The notes: generated by a model from the sequence alone, not told the origin. Counted from the stretch's first letter, positions 1-9,783 are shown. The stretch: 59,390 bases of DNA from Acidimicrobiia bacterium (GCA_029210695.1 JARGFH010000022.1:1-59390); one strand, 5' to 3'. Made by a program: numbers and translations.

Positions 1-64
1 CCCAACAGTGGGTATTCCCTCTCAGGAGGTGGGGAATTTCAGTGAGCAGGTCTGGGGAGTTTCA

Positions 65-295
65 ATGAGCGTGGTCACTGTCATAGCCGTCTGCAATCCT
101 GATGAATGGTGGTCACCACGTCACGTCTCCGACATCATCGTCGACATCCAGACAGGCCAACACACCTACCACTTGATCACCGGTGACGGGCGCGAGTTGG
201 CACTTCGAGTTGTCGCCGGGACGACGGGAACGATGTTGAGAACCGAAACAGACACCTGGAAAGGCCAGGCTCTCGCCGATGTGGCTGACTGCTGA
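65..295 (+). CDS. DUF3892-like small protein
   Basis: CNPDEWWSPR...DIQTGQHTYH...LRT...LADVADC follows the DUF3892 pattern and is similar to the ORF at 574; the start is uncertain. Confidence 0.5.
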   Translation: MSVVTVIAVCNPDEWWSPRHVSDIIVDIQTGQHTYHLITGDGRELALRVVAGTTGTMLRTETDTWKGQALADVADC

Positions 296-573
296 TGTCG
301 GGCTAGAGCCGACCAGACCGCTTTCCACCGGAAGCCGATGGAACGGTACGCGGTCGACCGGGCAAAACACACGTCAGATCGGATGTAGGCGTCGTTGGAG
401 AACGGGACGTTCCAGGCGTTTGGCGCAGTCGTGATGGGTCTTGCCTACGGCGACGCCGTTGCGTCCTCGTCCTGTGGATCGGCACGACCCCCGACGGGAA
501 CATTACGAGTTCTCGAGCAACCGGCGAATAGAAGCAACGGCATGCCCCGACAGACGAGGAAGGATGTGAATCA

Positions 574-835
574 ATGGCTCGTCGAGGAGTCACCCGTACC
601 GGCAAGGACAACCAAGGCGACATCACCGCTCTGTGCAATCCGGGTGAGGCTTGGTCATCGCGTCGAAAAAAGGACGCGATCAACGACATCAACAGACGCC
701 TGCACAGCTACCACGTGAAGTGGCCAGACACAATCGAGACCGAGATCCCAGTGGTAGAAGGTCCGAGAGGCCCTTACCTGCGTAACGACAAGGACCAGAC
801 AATACGGAACAACCTCGGAGCCTGCCGGATGGTGG
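574..835 (+). pseudogene. DUF3892-like protein, probably frameshifted near the C-terminus
   Basis: RVTRTGKD..GDITALCNPGEAWS...GPRGPYLRND.D...NNL; the expected LPD tail appears in another frame (ctg ccg gat, ~822-830), so the ORF runs on to 1218. Confidence 0.5.
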
Positions 836-884
836 TGTACATCAGAACCGCGAGAGCATGCCGCTGCTACCTCGCCAGGATAGG

Positions 885-912
885 TCGATATATCTATTTT
901 GTTAGATATCTA
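885..912. promoter_or_regulatory. AT-rich palindromes (GATATATC, TAGATATCTA); candidate operator for the GntR regulator
   Basis: Two related palindromes directly upstream of the regulator and operon. Confidence 0.4.
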
Positions 913-934
913 GAACTTCTGGTAAGGTTGCCGT

Positions 935-2149
935 GTGCAAGTAGCGGGTTACGAGGATCCGTCGGAGATAACGCCCCGGATCAATGTCGACCGAGAGAGC
1001 CGGGTTCCGCTCGCCACGCAGGTAGCCCGCCAGTTCACCTGGCTAATCGCCACCGGAACAATCCGCGCCGGCTCTCACCTGCCCACGATTGTCGACGTCG
1101 CCAGACATGTGGGCGTCAACTTCCATACGGTCCGCGCGGCGTATCAGCAGCTGCGCGACGATGGGCTCGTACTCACCAAACGGGGCTCCGGGACGGTGGT
1201 GTTGGGATACGATCGTGATCGTGCGATGGCCCGTGGCGGGCACCATCCAACCTTCACCATCGGCGTGCTCGTTCCATCCTTCAGCGACTACTACGCCGAT
1301 TATCTCGAATCGATCATCGAAGCGGCAACGGTCGAGGGGTGGTTGCCCGTCATCTGCCACACTCGCCATTACGACTCGGTGGTGGTCGCCCGCTACCTAG
1401 ATCAACTGTTCAGCCGGAACGTTGACGGCGTCATCGTCACTCACTTCGAAACACCGGGCGATCTGAGCACGCTTGACGTCTTCAAGTCGGCGGAGGCTCT
1501 CAGACCATTCGTGTTCGTCGATTGTGCCGACGTCGGCATAGGGTCCACGATCACCGTCGACCGCGAAGGTGACGGCTCGGTGGCGACAAACCATTTCATT
1601 GAGCACGGCCATGAACGGATCGGGTACCTGGCTCCACCCGAGACGTGGAGTGCCACCAAGCGATTAGGGAGCGGCTACCACCGCGCGTTGAGTGAGGCCG
1701 GGATCGCCACAGACGCCCGTCTGATCGAGCACGCAGCAGAGTTCTCGCTTGGAGCTGGGGCCAAAGCCGCCCACCGTCTCCTCCAGCACCCTGAGCCGCC
1801 CACCGCCATCTTCTGCGCCGGCGACATCCTCGCCCTCGGCGCGATCAGCGCCATCGACAGTCTCGGACTCCGGACACCTGGCGATGTGGCGGTGATGGGC
1901 TACGGCGAGATTCCCTTCTCGGCGCTCGCCGCGCCGGCTCTGGCGAGCATCCGTCTGCCCGCCGATGTCCTCGCTCACGAGGCGGTACGAGTTCTGCGGC
2001 AGGCAATCGACGACGGCTGCACACAGCCACCTACCGCAGTCGCAACGTCGCTCGTTCCCCGGGCCTCGTGCGGATGCCACCCGACCGGCCAGGTTTCAGA
2101 AGGGCAGACCGGGGACACCTCCCCGGCACAGGAAAGGAAACGCTCATGA
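935..2149 (+). CDS. GntR-HTH / LacI-type sugar-binding transcriptional regulator (AraR-like)
   Basis: N-terminal LPT..VARHVGVNFHTVRAAYQQL...RGSGT; C-terminal periplasmic-binding fold (GHERIG, PTAIFC, VAVMGY, RASCG). Confidence 0.9.
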   Translation: MQVAGYEDPSEITPRINVDRESRVPLATQVARQFTWLIATGTIRAGSHLPTIVDVARHVGVNFHTVRAAYQQLRDDGLVLTKRGSGTVVLGYDRDRAMARGGHHPTFTIGVLVPSFSDYYADYLESIIEAATVEGWLPVICHTRHYDSVVVARYLDQLFSRNVDGVIVTHFETPGDLSTLDVFKSAEALRPFVFVDCADVGIGSTITVDREGDGSVATNHFIEHGHERIGYLAPPETWSATKRLGSGYHRALSEAGIATDARLIEHAAEFSLGAGAKAAHRLLQHPEPPTAIFCAGDILALGAISAIDSLGLRTPGDVAVMGYGEIPFSALAAPALASIRLPADVLAHEAVRVLRQAIDDGCTQPPTAVATSLVPRASCGCHPTGQVSEGQTGDTSPAQERKRS

Positions 2150-3183
2150 CACAGAAAGGCAACATCGTCCGTTGGCTGGCCACCCTCGTTACCCTGACGT
2201 TGCTGGTCGCAGCATGCGCCGGCGACGCCGCCACAACGACCACCGAGGCGGCACCGGCCGACACGACTGCTGCAGCGGCCGAACCGGTTGCCGTATCGCT
2301 GCGGCTTCCTTGGTTCCCCAGCGCCCAGTTTGCAGGAGACTACGTGGCGCTCGAAAAGGGCTTCTTCGCCGAAGAGGGCCTCGACGTCACCATCAATCCG
2401 GGCGGATTCGACATCAACAGCATCACGCTGGTTGCTGCCGGAAGCGACACGTTCGGGTTGCACGACACCAACTCGCTGCTCTTCGCCAATGCCGAAGGCA
2501 TCCCGCTGATCACGGTGGCCACCTTCCTACAGAAGCATCCAGGCGCGATCATGGCCCTCGCCGACTCCGGATTTGAATCACTCGCCGATCTCGAAGGCAA
2601 GACCATCGGCTTTCAGGAAGGTGGACCCTGGCAGCTGACACAGGCGATGCTGGTCAAGAACGGCATCGACCCCGATTCCCTCAGACAGGTGGCAGTCGGA
2701 TTCGACCTAACGCCGTTGTTCGAGGGCACCATCGATCTCATCACCGTTTTCTCGACTAACGAGCCGATGCTGGCCGAACAACAGGGCTTCGAAACCACCG
2801 TCTTCGTCCCCTACGACTACGGGGTCGAAACGTCGGCGAATGCGCTGTTCACCACCAAGGAGTATCGGGACGCCAATCCGGACACGGTGTGTGCGATGGT
2901 ACGGGCCATCGCCCGCGGTTGGGAATACGCACTCGACAACCCGGAGGAAGCCGCCGACATTGTCGTCGCCGTCGATCCCGACAACCTCGACCGTGACAAA
3001 GAACTCAAGAGCCTGGCCGCCATCGAAGACGACGTGCGGACCCCCGATGCCATAGCCAACGGCATCGGTTCGATGACCCTGGATCGATGGCAGACCGCCG
3101 AGGACGTCCTGGGGGAGTACGGTGGGTTGACCGTGGATATCGACTTGACCTCGGTCTACACGGACGCCTGCTTCTCCTCTTGA
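2146..3183 (+). CDS. ABC transporter substrate-binding lipoprotein, NMT1/THI5 family
   Basis: Lipobox VAAC; L.WFPSAQFAG.YVA.EKGFFAEEGLDV; ATGA overlap with the regulator. Confidence 0.88.
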   Translation: MTQKGNIVRWLATLVTLTLLVAACAGDAATTTTEAAPADTTAAAAEPVAVSLRLPWFPSAQFAGDYVALEKGFFAEEGLDVTINPGGFDINSITLVAAGSDTFGLHDTNSLLFANAEGIPLITVATFLQKHPGAIMALADSGFESLADLEGKTIGFQEGGPWQLTQAMLVKNGIDPDSLRQVAVGFDLTPLFEGTIDLITVFSTNEPMLAEQQGFETTVFVPYDYGVETSANALFTTKEYRDANPDTVCAMVRAIARGWEYALDNPEEAADIVVAVDPDNLDRDKELKSLAAIEDDVRTPDAIANGIGSMTLDRWQTAEDVLGEYGGLTVDIDLTSVYTDACFSS

Positions 3184-3192
3184 TTGCCAGGC

Positions 3193-3227
3193 AGGAGGGT
3201 GGCCCGGTTCATACGGACCACCCTCCT
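3193..3227 (+). terminator. Intergenic stem-loop after the binding-protein gene
   Basis: AGGAGGGTGG ... CCACCCTCCT, 10-bp inverted repeat. Confidence 0.55.
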
Positions 3228-3253
3228 CCCCGCTGGTGAAAGGACCCACCCTC

Positions 3254-4027
3254 ATGGTCTTCGACAAGAACGCCAACACCCCAGGCAAGGTGCAGTACCA
3301 CCTCCGGGTCGGCCCCGGCGACGTCGCCGAATACGTCCTCCTCCCCGGCGATCCAGACCGTGTGCTCCGCATCGCCGGCCACATCGACGACCCCAAAGAG
3401 ATAGCGCACCACCGCGAATACCGGACCGTCACGGGCAGCTACCACGGCATACCGGTCACCAGCACCTCCACCGGGATCGGATGTCCATCCGCGGCGATCG
3501 CCGTCGAAGAACTGGCCAACGTCGGTGCGACCCATTTCGTCCGGGTTGGCAGCAGCGCAGCGCTGGCTCCCGGAATCCGCACCGGCGATCTCCTCATCAA
3601 CACCGGATCGATGCGCCTCGACGGCACCAGCGCCGCCTACGTCGACCCCGGCTTTCCGGCCGTTGCCGATCACTACCTCGTGCATGCGCTCATCGAGGCA
3701 GCATCGGAGTTGAGCGACCAACGCGGGTTCGACTACCACGTGGGCATCAACGCGTCGAGCGACGCTTTCTATACCGAAACTCCCGCATTCATCGAGAACC
3801 TGATGCGACACAACATCACCAACATCGAGATGGAGAGTTCCGCGATCTTCACGGTTGCGCACCTACGCGGGCTAGCGGCTGCGATGGTGTGCGCGGTGTC
3901 GTACAACTACACGGACCCCGACGACATCGACTACGAGACCGCCAACCATCGCCTCATTCAAGGATGGGACAACGCCATCGATGTCGCCCTCGAGGGTATC
4001 CGAAGATACCAGGCTGTGAGAACCTAA
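3254..4027 (+). CDS. udp: Nucleoside (uridine) phosphorylase family
   Basis: LLPGDPDR, HREY, STGIGCPSAAIAVEEL, RVG, NIEMESSA motifs. Confidence 0.85.
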   Translation: MVFDKNANTPGKVQYHLRVGPGDVAEYVLLPGDPDRVLRIAGHIDDPKEIAHHREYRTVTGSYHGIPVTSTSTGIGCPSAAIAVEELANVGATHFVRVGSSAALAPGIRTGDLLINTGSMRLDGTSAAYVDPGFPAVADHYLVHALIEAASELSDQRGFDYHVGINASSDAFYTETPAFIENLMRHNITNIEMESSAIFTVAHLRGLAAAMVCAVSYNYTDPDDIDYETANHRLIQGWDNAIDVALEGIRRYQAVRT

Positions 4028-4029
4028 CC

Positions 4030-4845
4030 GTGGCAGAGCAGGGCATCGAGCGAGGAATCGCTTTCGATGGGATCGGGATGCGCTTCGGCGGAGAGCAGCC
4101 CGTCCGTGCGCTGCGCGACATCACGCTCCAAATCCCCGACGGCGAGTTCACCGCCATCGTTGGTCCGTCAGGATGTGGCAAGTCGACCCTCCTCCGGATA
4201 GTGGCGGGCCTGCTCGAACCCACCGAAGGCACGGTGTCGGTGCGCGGCAAAACCCCCGATCAAGCACGGCGAGATGTCGAATTTGGTTTCGTGTTTCAGA
4301 GCCCAGTGCTGTTTCCGTGGTTGCGAGCACTCGGCAACGTGCTGCTTCCCGATCGGATTCTCGGCGACCGCAACCCTGCCCACGGCTCAAACATGGACGA
4401 GCTGGCTCGGCGCCTTCTCGCCCAGCTGGGACTGGCGGGATTCGAGGGTCACTACCCCGGGCAGATGTCGGGAGGGATGAGACAACGAGTAGCCCTCGCC
4501 CGCGCATTGATCTACCAACCATCGACCTTGCTCATGGACGAACCGTTCGGCGCACTCGACGAGTTCACCCGAGACCGCCTCAATCTCCAGCTTGTCGAGG
4601 TTTGGAGCAACTCGGGGACAACGGTGTTGTTCGTGACCCACAGCATCCAAGAGGCCATCTACCTCGCCGATCGGGTGGTTGTGCTCAGCGCTCGACCTGG
4701 CCGGATCAGCAGGATCGCGGCCGTGCCTTTCGGTCGACCCAGGCCCCTCGAAATCCGGTACGAACCCGACTTCGCCTCCCTTACCGGCGAGCTGCGCAGC
4801 CTCCTCGAGGAAGACCCTGACACAACCGAAGGGACGGTCACATGA
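4030..4845 (+). CDS. ABC transporter ATP-binding protein (NitT/TauT type)
   Basis: GPSGCGKST, MSGGMRQRVALARAL, LMDEPF, VTH. Confidence 0.93.
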   Translation: MAEQGIERGIAFDGIGMRFGGEQPVRALRDITLQIPDGEFTAIVGPSGCGKSTLLRIVAGLLEPTEGTVSVRGKTPDQARRDVEFGFVFQSPVLFPWLRALGNVLLPDRILGDRNPAHGSNMDELARRLLAQLGLAGFEGHYPGQMSGGMRQRVALARALIYQPSTLLMDEPFGALDEFTRDRLNLQLVEVWSNSGTTVLFVTHSIQEAIYLADRVVVLSARPGRISRIAAVPFGRPRPLEIRYEPDFASLTGELRSLLEEDPDTTEGTVT

Positions 4846-5636
4846 CCACAGAGTCGCCGATGCGGAAGGGACGCCCGAAGTGGCGCACGGTGATACCGGC
4901 GGCCCTATTGTTCTTTGCAGCGCTCGTCGTCTGGGAGGTCATCGTCCGGGCATTCGAAGTGCCCGCCTACATCCTTCCCAGCCCCACCGAGATCCTGACA
5001 GAGCTGATCGCCGAGGGCCGCTCCCTCACCACCGATCTTGGCTGGACCATGCTCGAGGCGGTACTGGGATTCCTCGCAGGCAGCTCGGCGGCCTTCCTGG
5101 CCGCCGTCATCTTCGTGCATGTGCCGATCGTGGAACGAGCTGCCTTCCCGTGGGCGATCGTGCTGCAGACGGTCCCAATCGTGGCGATCGCTCCACTACT
5201 AACAATCTGGTTCGGATTCACCCTGGTCCCGAAGGTTGTGATTGCCGCCATCATCTGCTTCTTCCCCGTGCTGGTCAACACGACCCGAGGTCTTCGCTCG
5301 GTGAGCGGCGAAGCCCTCGAACTGATGAGCGTTCTCTCAGCTCGGCGTTCCTCTATCTTCTGGCGACTGCGCATACCTAGTTCGTTGCCCTACGTATTCG
5401 CCGGGTTGCGGGTTGCCGCCACCTTGTCGGTCATAGGAGCAATTGTTGCCGAGTTCACCGGATCGGATCGCGGAATCGGATACGTCATTGTGCAAGCTGC
5501 CTATCGGATTGACACCCGACTGATGTTCGCCGGGATCGCCCTATCATCCCTCGGCGGGATCCTTTTCTTCAACATCATCGGCTGGTTGGAGAAGGCCGCG
5601 ATTCGCTGGCCTGACGCCCGGATGGAAGACCAATAG
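4842..5636 (+). CDS. ABC transporter permease (NitT/TauT type)
   Basis: LPSP.EI, hydrophobic helices, FFPVLVNT.RG, GAIVAEF. Confidence 0.92.
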   Translation: MTTESPMRKGRPKWRTVIPAALLFFAALVVWEVIVRAFEVPAYILPSPTEILTELIAEGRSLTTDLGWTMLEAVLGFLAGSSAAFLAAVIFVHVPIVERAAFPWAIVLQTVPIVAIAPLLTIWFGFTLVPKVVIAAIICFFPVLVNTTRGLRSVSGEALELMSVLSARRSSIFWRLRIPSSLPYVFAGLRVAATLSVIGAIVAEFTGSDRGIGYVIVQAAYRIDTRLMFAGIALSSLGGILFFNIIGWLEKAAIRWPDARMEDQ

Positions 5637-5757
5637 AAGAGGAGCGAGACCGTACAGCGGCGGATACCCGGACCGGACGCGGTCCCGTCGAGACAACCGT
5701 CCGATTGACCACCGGTAGAAGACCAGCAGAACCGATACAACGAAGCAACGAGGCCCC

Positions 5758-5777
5758 GGTCAGCTACCGCTCTGACC
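5758..5777 (-). terminator. Hairpin downstream of the tRNA fragment
   Basis: GGTCAG-N8-CTGACC inverted repeat immediately 3' of the minus-strand tRNA remnant. Confidence 0.45.
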
Positions 5778-5788
5778 AGAGCCCATTC

Positions 5789-5836
5789 GTAGCCGGAACA
5801 GGATTTGAACCTCCGACCTTCGGGTTATGAGCCCGA
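5789..5836 (-). tRNA. 3' half of an initiator-type tRNA-Met(CAT); att-site remnant, not a full gene
   Basis: Reverse complement TCGGGCTCATAACCCGAAGGTCGGAGGTTCAAATCCTGTTCCGGCTAC has the anticodon arm and T-arm; no 5' half or D-arm is adjacent. Confidence 0.85.
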
Positions 5837-5939
5837 GTCCGGGGTGTTCGCTGACCTGCGGAAACGCGCGAAGCGCCTGCTCAGACGGCGCTTCTGGTCC
5901 GGGTCATTCCGCGTTCTTGACCGTCCCATCCCACCCTCT

Positions 5940-5961
5940 CGCGCGATGGACGCGCGATGGA
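5940..5961 (+). repeat. CGCGCGATGGA x2; candidate integrase arm-type sites
   Basis: Perfect 11-bp tandem repeat ~100 bp inside the att core. Confidence 0.55.
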
Positions 5962-6011
5962 GAACGTGCCCCGCCGAGATGTACACCCCACGCGAGCAGG
6001 TACCGCGATCA

Positions 6012-7790
6012 TCACGATCGCCTGATGTGCAGGATGTGGGCTTGCGGATGATCATTGGCCAGCTGACTGGCCAATGCGTGCTCGTAGGTAGTGACGATTA
6101 TCTGCTCCGGCGCATGCGCAGCAGATGCGTCAGCGAGATACCCCGCCACGGTGCGTCGCAGTTTGGGGTCGAGGTGTTCAAGGGGTTCGTCGAACCAGAC
6201 GAATGGCAATGTGGTGGAGCACTCAATTACCAGCAGGTGCGTGATGAGCCGCGCCCAAATCCGTTCGCCGCCACTGAGGCTGTCCCATCCGAGCTCTTCG
6301 CCAGCGACGAAACGGGTAACAGCGCCATCCGGTCGAAGCTGAAGCCCGCCGTCGTTGAACAGCTGCTTCCAGCGCCACTGCACTTCCCTGGCAATCGGCT
6401 CGATCCTTGTCGACGTGAGCTGTTCGGTAGCGGTTCGAAGAGCAGCAGCCGCGGCAGCCGCGACACCTTCGCGACGAAACGCCTCGGTGAGTCGGCGTTG
6501 AGCCTGCTGTACTTCGTTGTCCGCGTCGAGTTGCTGCCTGAGGGCGTCGATCTGGGAACGAAGCCCACCCAGGGTCGCGTTGTGGCTGTTGAGGGCATCG
6601 AGCGCTTCGCGGTACACCCGCTCGGCGAACTCGGGGTCTTGGTGCTCGTCGGACTGCGGGCCCTGCGGCTGGCTCAGGACTTCGAGCCGCGCCACAAGCG
6701 AGTTGATCCGTTCGAGTTGCGCAGTCGCCGTGGCTGCGGCACGGGACAGCTCGGATTCTTCGCGGTGTGCTCTTTCAGCGAGCTCGTAATGGGCTGCGCG
6801 GGCAACGGCAACGGCGTCTCGATCGATCGGTCTCAGACATGTGGGGCAGGTGGTGTGGTCACCCTCGAGGAGCTCAAGTCCGTGCTCGGCGGCGATGGTC
6901 GCGGCTCGGGCGTGATCCAGTTTCCCAATGGTTTCTTCCGTTCGGTCCGTGATGGTGACGCGGGCCTGCGCAAGCATCTCCTGGAGGACGACTCGATCAG
7001 CATCTGACGGCACCTGTTCGTCTGCAAGGACTTCCCTGACCTCCTTGGCGATGTCAACAAGCGCATCCTGAAACATGTTGGCCACGGTGCGGAATCGGGC
7101 CCACTCGGCCGCTAGTTGACGAGCCTGATCAGCGACAGCCAGCCCTGCTTCGAGGCGGGTACCGGTAGCTTCGGCGCCGACGACATCGCCTTGGAGCCTC
7201 GCGATGTCGGCCTCCACGGTTGCTCTATCGGCAACGCGCTGCTTGTCACTCGCCCGGAGTCCCTTGGTTGCCTTTTGAGCGTCCTTGAGTGCCCCGTCGG
7301 CCAGCTCCGATGCTCGGAGTAGGTTCGTGACCCCGAAGGCCTGGTGAAGATGCGTCTCGATATCGAGGGCTCGGTCTGAGGCGACATGTCCACCGCCGAG
7401 CATGACAGAAAGCCGTGCAGCCGTCGGCAGGTCAATGCCGAACTCGCTTTCGACAAGATCCTGGGCAGCTCCTGGATCCAGTTCTTCCTCGTTGAGGCGA
7501 TAGGTAGATGTTGGTGAGCCCCGGCGTTTGATGTTTCGTTCAATCGCGAGGGTCGATCCGTCGCGCAATGTCATCGAAATCTCGACGGTGGCCTGTTCGG
7601 TGCCGGCTCGGATACAGTCCTTCGGAGAGATGCTCCGGGCGTGTTCGCCGAATAGGGCCCACGCGAGGGCGTGCACGAGCGACGTCTTTCCAACGCCGTT
7701 GGGGGCTACCACGAAGGTTGTCCCCGGCGCGAAGTCGACGTCCAGGGAGTCGTACGACCTCCAGTTTCGAAGGCGAACATGGCGAATCAT
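6012..7790 (-). CDS. SMC/Rad50/SbcC-like ABC ATPase
   Basis: Walker A APNGVGKTS, coiled coil with CPTC hook, LSGGE signature, Walker B WFDEP. Confidence 0.9.
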   Translation of the reverse strand: MIRHVRLRNWRSYDSLDVDFAPGTTFVVAPNGVGKTSLVHALAWALFGEHARSISPKDCIRAGTEQATVEISMTLRDGSTLAIERNIKRRGSPTSTYRLNEEELDPGAAQDLVESEFGIDLPTAARLSVMLGGGHVASDRALDIETHLHQAFGVTNLLRASELADGALKDAQKATKGLRASDKQRVADRATVEADIARLQGDVVGAEATGTRLEAGLAVADQARQLAAEWARFRTVANMFQDALVDIAKEVREVLADEQVPSDADRVVLQEMLAQARVTITDRTEETIGKLDHARAATIAAEHGLELLEGDHTTCPTCLRPIDRDAVAVARAAHYELAERAHREESELSRAAATATAQLERINSLVARLEVLSQPQGPQSDEHQDPEFAERVYREALDALNSHNATLGGLRSQIDALRQQLDADNEVQQAQRRLTEAFRREGVAAAAAAALRTATEQLTSTRIEPIAREVQWRWKQLFNDGGLQLRPDGAVTRFVAGEELGWDSLSGGERIWARLITHLLVIECSTTLPFVWFDEPLEHLDPKLRRTVAGYLADASAAHAPEQIIVTTYEHALASQLANDHPQAHILHIRRS

Positions 7791-8692
7791 GCTGCGAGCG
7801 CTCCAACGATCTCACCGAGTCGTTCTGGCAGATCTTCGGGGCTCGCGACGCCTGATTCGAGATCGGAGATCAACCTCGCCAGCCCTGTCGTCTCCGTGTC
7901 ACCGAGATCTGACCAGGCCATTCGCTTCTCGGTGATTTGAGCGCGAGCGCCCTGGGCAGCGACAGCAAGCACAGACGACCTCACGATCGCAGGAACATCG
8001 ATTGCATCACTGCCGACGTCGAATGACCGGATCAAGTCAGCGTCCAGAGCTGTGAATGAAGGGGCGAGTTCGTTGATGAAGGCGGCGCACGCTACGGCAG
8101 CCGCCGCGATGGGCCGTGCGATCCGGGGTGGTCGGGACTGGCCGCTGGGGACCTCGAAAGCGGCTTCGAGGTCGGAACGCTCGATGATCACGCCGACCAT
8201 GGGCGGTTTGGTCATGAGCAGTATTCCGGCGGTCTCGCCGAACGCGCCGAATATGGCGGCCGCCGCTGAAATACGTCGAGGGGTCAGTTCATTGAGCTCG
8301 GAGTCGGCCGGCTCAAGCATGCCGCGAAGCCGGTGACCCCGGCAGGTGATGATCAGGTCACTGTCAATTCCGGACGCGCGGGCTGCGATGTCCGGGACGA
8401 CGTCGCAGCCCTCGTTGAGTTCATCGTGAAGGTCCGCCTCAAGCCGGCCGACGACGTCAGCGATGTCGCCGGCTGGCATCCGCGCCGGTTCGTGAGCGAG
8501 GAGTGCAGCGATCGACGGGCGTGAGGCTTGGGGATCGATTCCTCGCCCGGCTTTCAGGGACGCGATGAGCCGCTCCGCTTCTGCCCGCTGGGTGGCGGTG
8601 AGATGGTCGAGGGATGGCTCGTCGCCGCCGTGCTCGAGGAAATCGAGGTATGCGTCGAGGACCTCGTCGACCGGATCGAAGTCGTGCGTCAT
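7787..8692 (-). CDS. Hypothetical protein coupled between the sigma-like and SMC genes
   Basis: 301 aa with ATGA overlaps at both ends; acidic N-terminal helix DEVLDAYLDFLE. Confidence 0.8.
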   Translation of the reverse strand: MTHDFDPVDEVLDAYLDFLEHGGDEPSLDHLTATQRAEAERLIASLKAGRGIDPQASRPSIAALLAHEPARMPAGDIADVVGRLEADLHDELNEGCDVVPDIAARASGIDSDLIITCRGHRLRGMLEPADSELNELTPRRISAAAAIFGAFGETAGILLMTKPPMVGVIIERSDLEAAFEVPSGQSRPPRIARPIAAAAVACAAFINELAPSFTALDADLIRSFDVGSDAIDVPAIVRSSVLAVAAQGARAQITEKRMAWSDLGDTETTGLARLISDLESGVASPEDLPERLGEIVGALAA

Positions 8693-9315
8693 CGGTTGCC
8701 TCCTTGTGTGAATCGTTGGAATCTCGGATGGTCATACAGCCGTTGGGCGATGCGCCGGTAGACGTAGGTCACGCCCGGTGGCGAGAGGTCGAACTCGTTG
8801 GCGAGCGAGTCCCTGCTTCGCTCGCCGGTGTGTAGCCCGAGGAAGATGGTTCGGTCTCGATCGTCAAGAAGCTCATGCGCGAGCTTGATGAGTTCGAGCT
8901 GTTGAGCGGTGGCAAAGAACTGCTCTTCGAGGTCCGGCCCTGTCGCCGCAATCCCTTCAAAGAGGGAACGACCCAGTGTTCCGTCCGCGCCCTCTGGTCC
9001 GGGATTATCGCCGGACACCATCGTGAGCTTGGGCCGGTGCCTTGTGGCGCGCAGCCACGCCTGCCCGTCGCGTAGGGCACCCTTGGTCTTGTTCGTCGCG
9101 ATTCCGAACGCCACCGCCTCCCAGCTCTCAGTGACCTGCTCCGGCGGTTTAGTGAGCAGCGCCTTGAGGCACTCGCTGAGGATGTCCTCAGTGCTGTGCC
9201 CGCCCTGAATCTGGAGTTCAGCAACCGGATCGCCAATCACTCGGGCGACGCCGGATCCAGTTCGTCGGCGCCGTGGCGCGTTCCGACGAATCACCCTGTG
9301 GATCTGTGCCCACAT
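8689..9315 (-). CDS. Sigma-70/ECF-like factor
   Basis: Region-2-like TEDILSEC.KAL...AFGIATNKTKGALR; region-4-like LDDRDRTIF...LANEFDLSPPGV; the frame is open upstream to 9390, so the start is uncertain. Confidence 0.65.
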   Translation of the reverse strand: MWAQIHRVIRRNAPRRRRTGSGVARVIGDPVAELQIQGGHSTEDILSECLKALLTKPPEQVTESWEAVAFGIATNKTKGALRDGQAWLRATRHRPKLTMVSGDNPGPEGADGTLGRSLFEGIAATGPDLEEQFFATAQQLELIKLAHELLDDRDRTIFLGLHTGERSRDSLANEFDLSPPGVTYVYRRIAQRLYDHPRFQRFTQGGNR

Positions 9316-9427
9316 GACGTCGACGATCAGCTCAAGGCGCTCCAGGTCGTCTTCGAGCGGATGCCGCGGTAGTGGGTGAGGGCGGTGGATTCATCATCTG
9401 CTGGTCTAACTGTCGCGACCCGACTCG

Positions 9428-9459
9428 AAAAAGAAAGCGATTCGATCAACTTTCTTTTT
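9428..9459. promoter_or_regulatory. Inverted repeat in the divergent promoter region
   Basis: AAAAAGAAAG-N12-CTTTCTTTTT, perfect 10-bp arms. Confidence 0.6.
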
Positions 9460-9528
9460 GGTGTCTGGCCGCGACGTACACAGTGAGCCGCCCGCTCAAG
9501 AGAACAGACGACGAGAAGGAGTATCGCC

Positions 9529-9783
9529 ATGAACGACACCACCGTGTCAGAGATGAACCATGAGGTGCGATTTAGCATCGACGGCCAGCCATACAGCACC
9601 TGTGACCGCCGCCAGCCCGCGGCGGACTTGCTCCGGCTCGCTGGCCTCGACCCGAGCCTGTTCGATCTCGGAGAGGTGCGGGGCTCCAGCCCCGGAACCC
9701 GCCGTTACTCAGACGACGAGATCGTCAAGATCCGGCCGAGCGCTCGTTTCGTGTCCATCCGTGAACGCGCCGACGTGGCCTAG
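9529..9783 (+). CDS. Ubiquitin-like (multiubiquitin-type beta-grasp) protein
   Basis: RFSIDGQPY...LLRLAGLDP..FDL...DDEIVKIR...RFVSI; RBS AAGGAG; first gene before E2 and E1. Confidence 0.75.
   Translation: MNDTTVSEMNHEVRFSIDGQPYSTCDRRQPAADLLRLAGLDPSLFDLGEVRGSSPGTRRYSDDEIVKIRPSARFVSIRERADVA

Noticed and set aside
5805..7007. 400-aa ORF beginning MNLRPSGYEP
   Set aside because: It starts in the antisense of the tRNA fragment and shadows the SMC gene.
6012..9315. Calling the SMC operon SbcCD, Wadjet or canonical Lamassu
   Set aside because: No SbcD nuclease, no JetABD and no recognisable LmuA effector; left unassigned.
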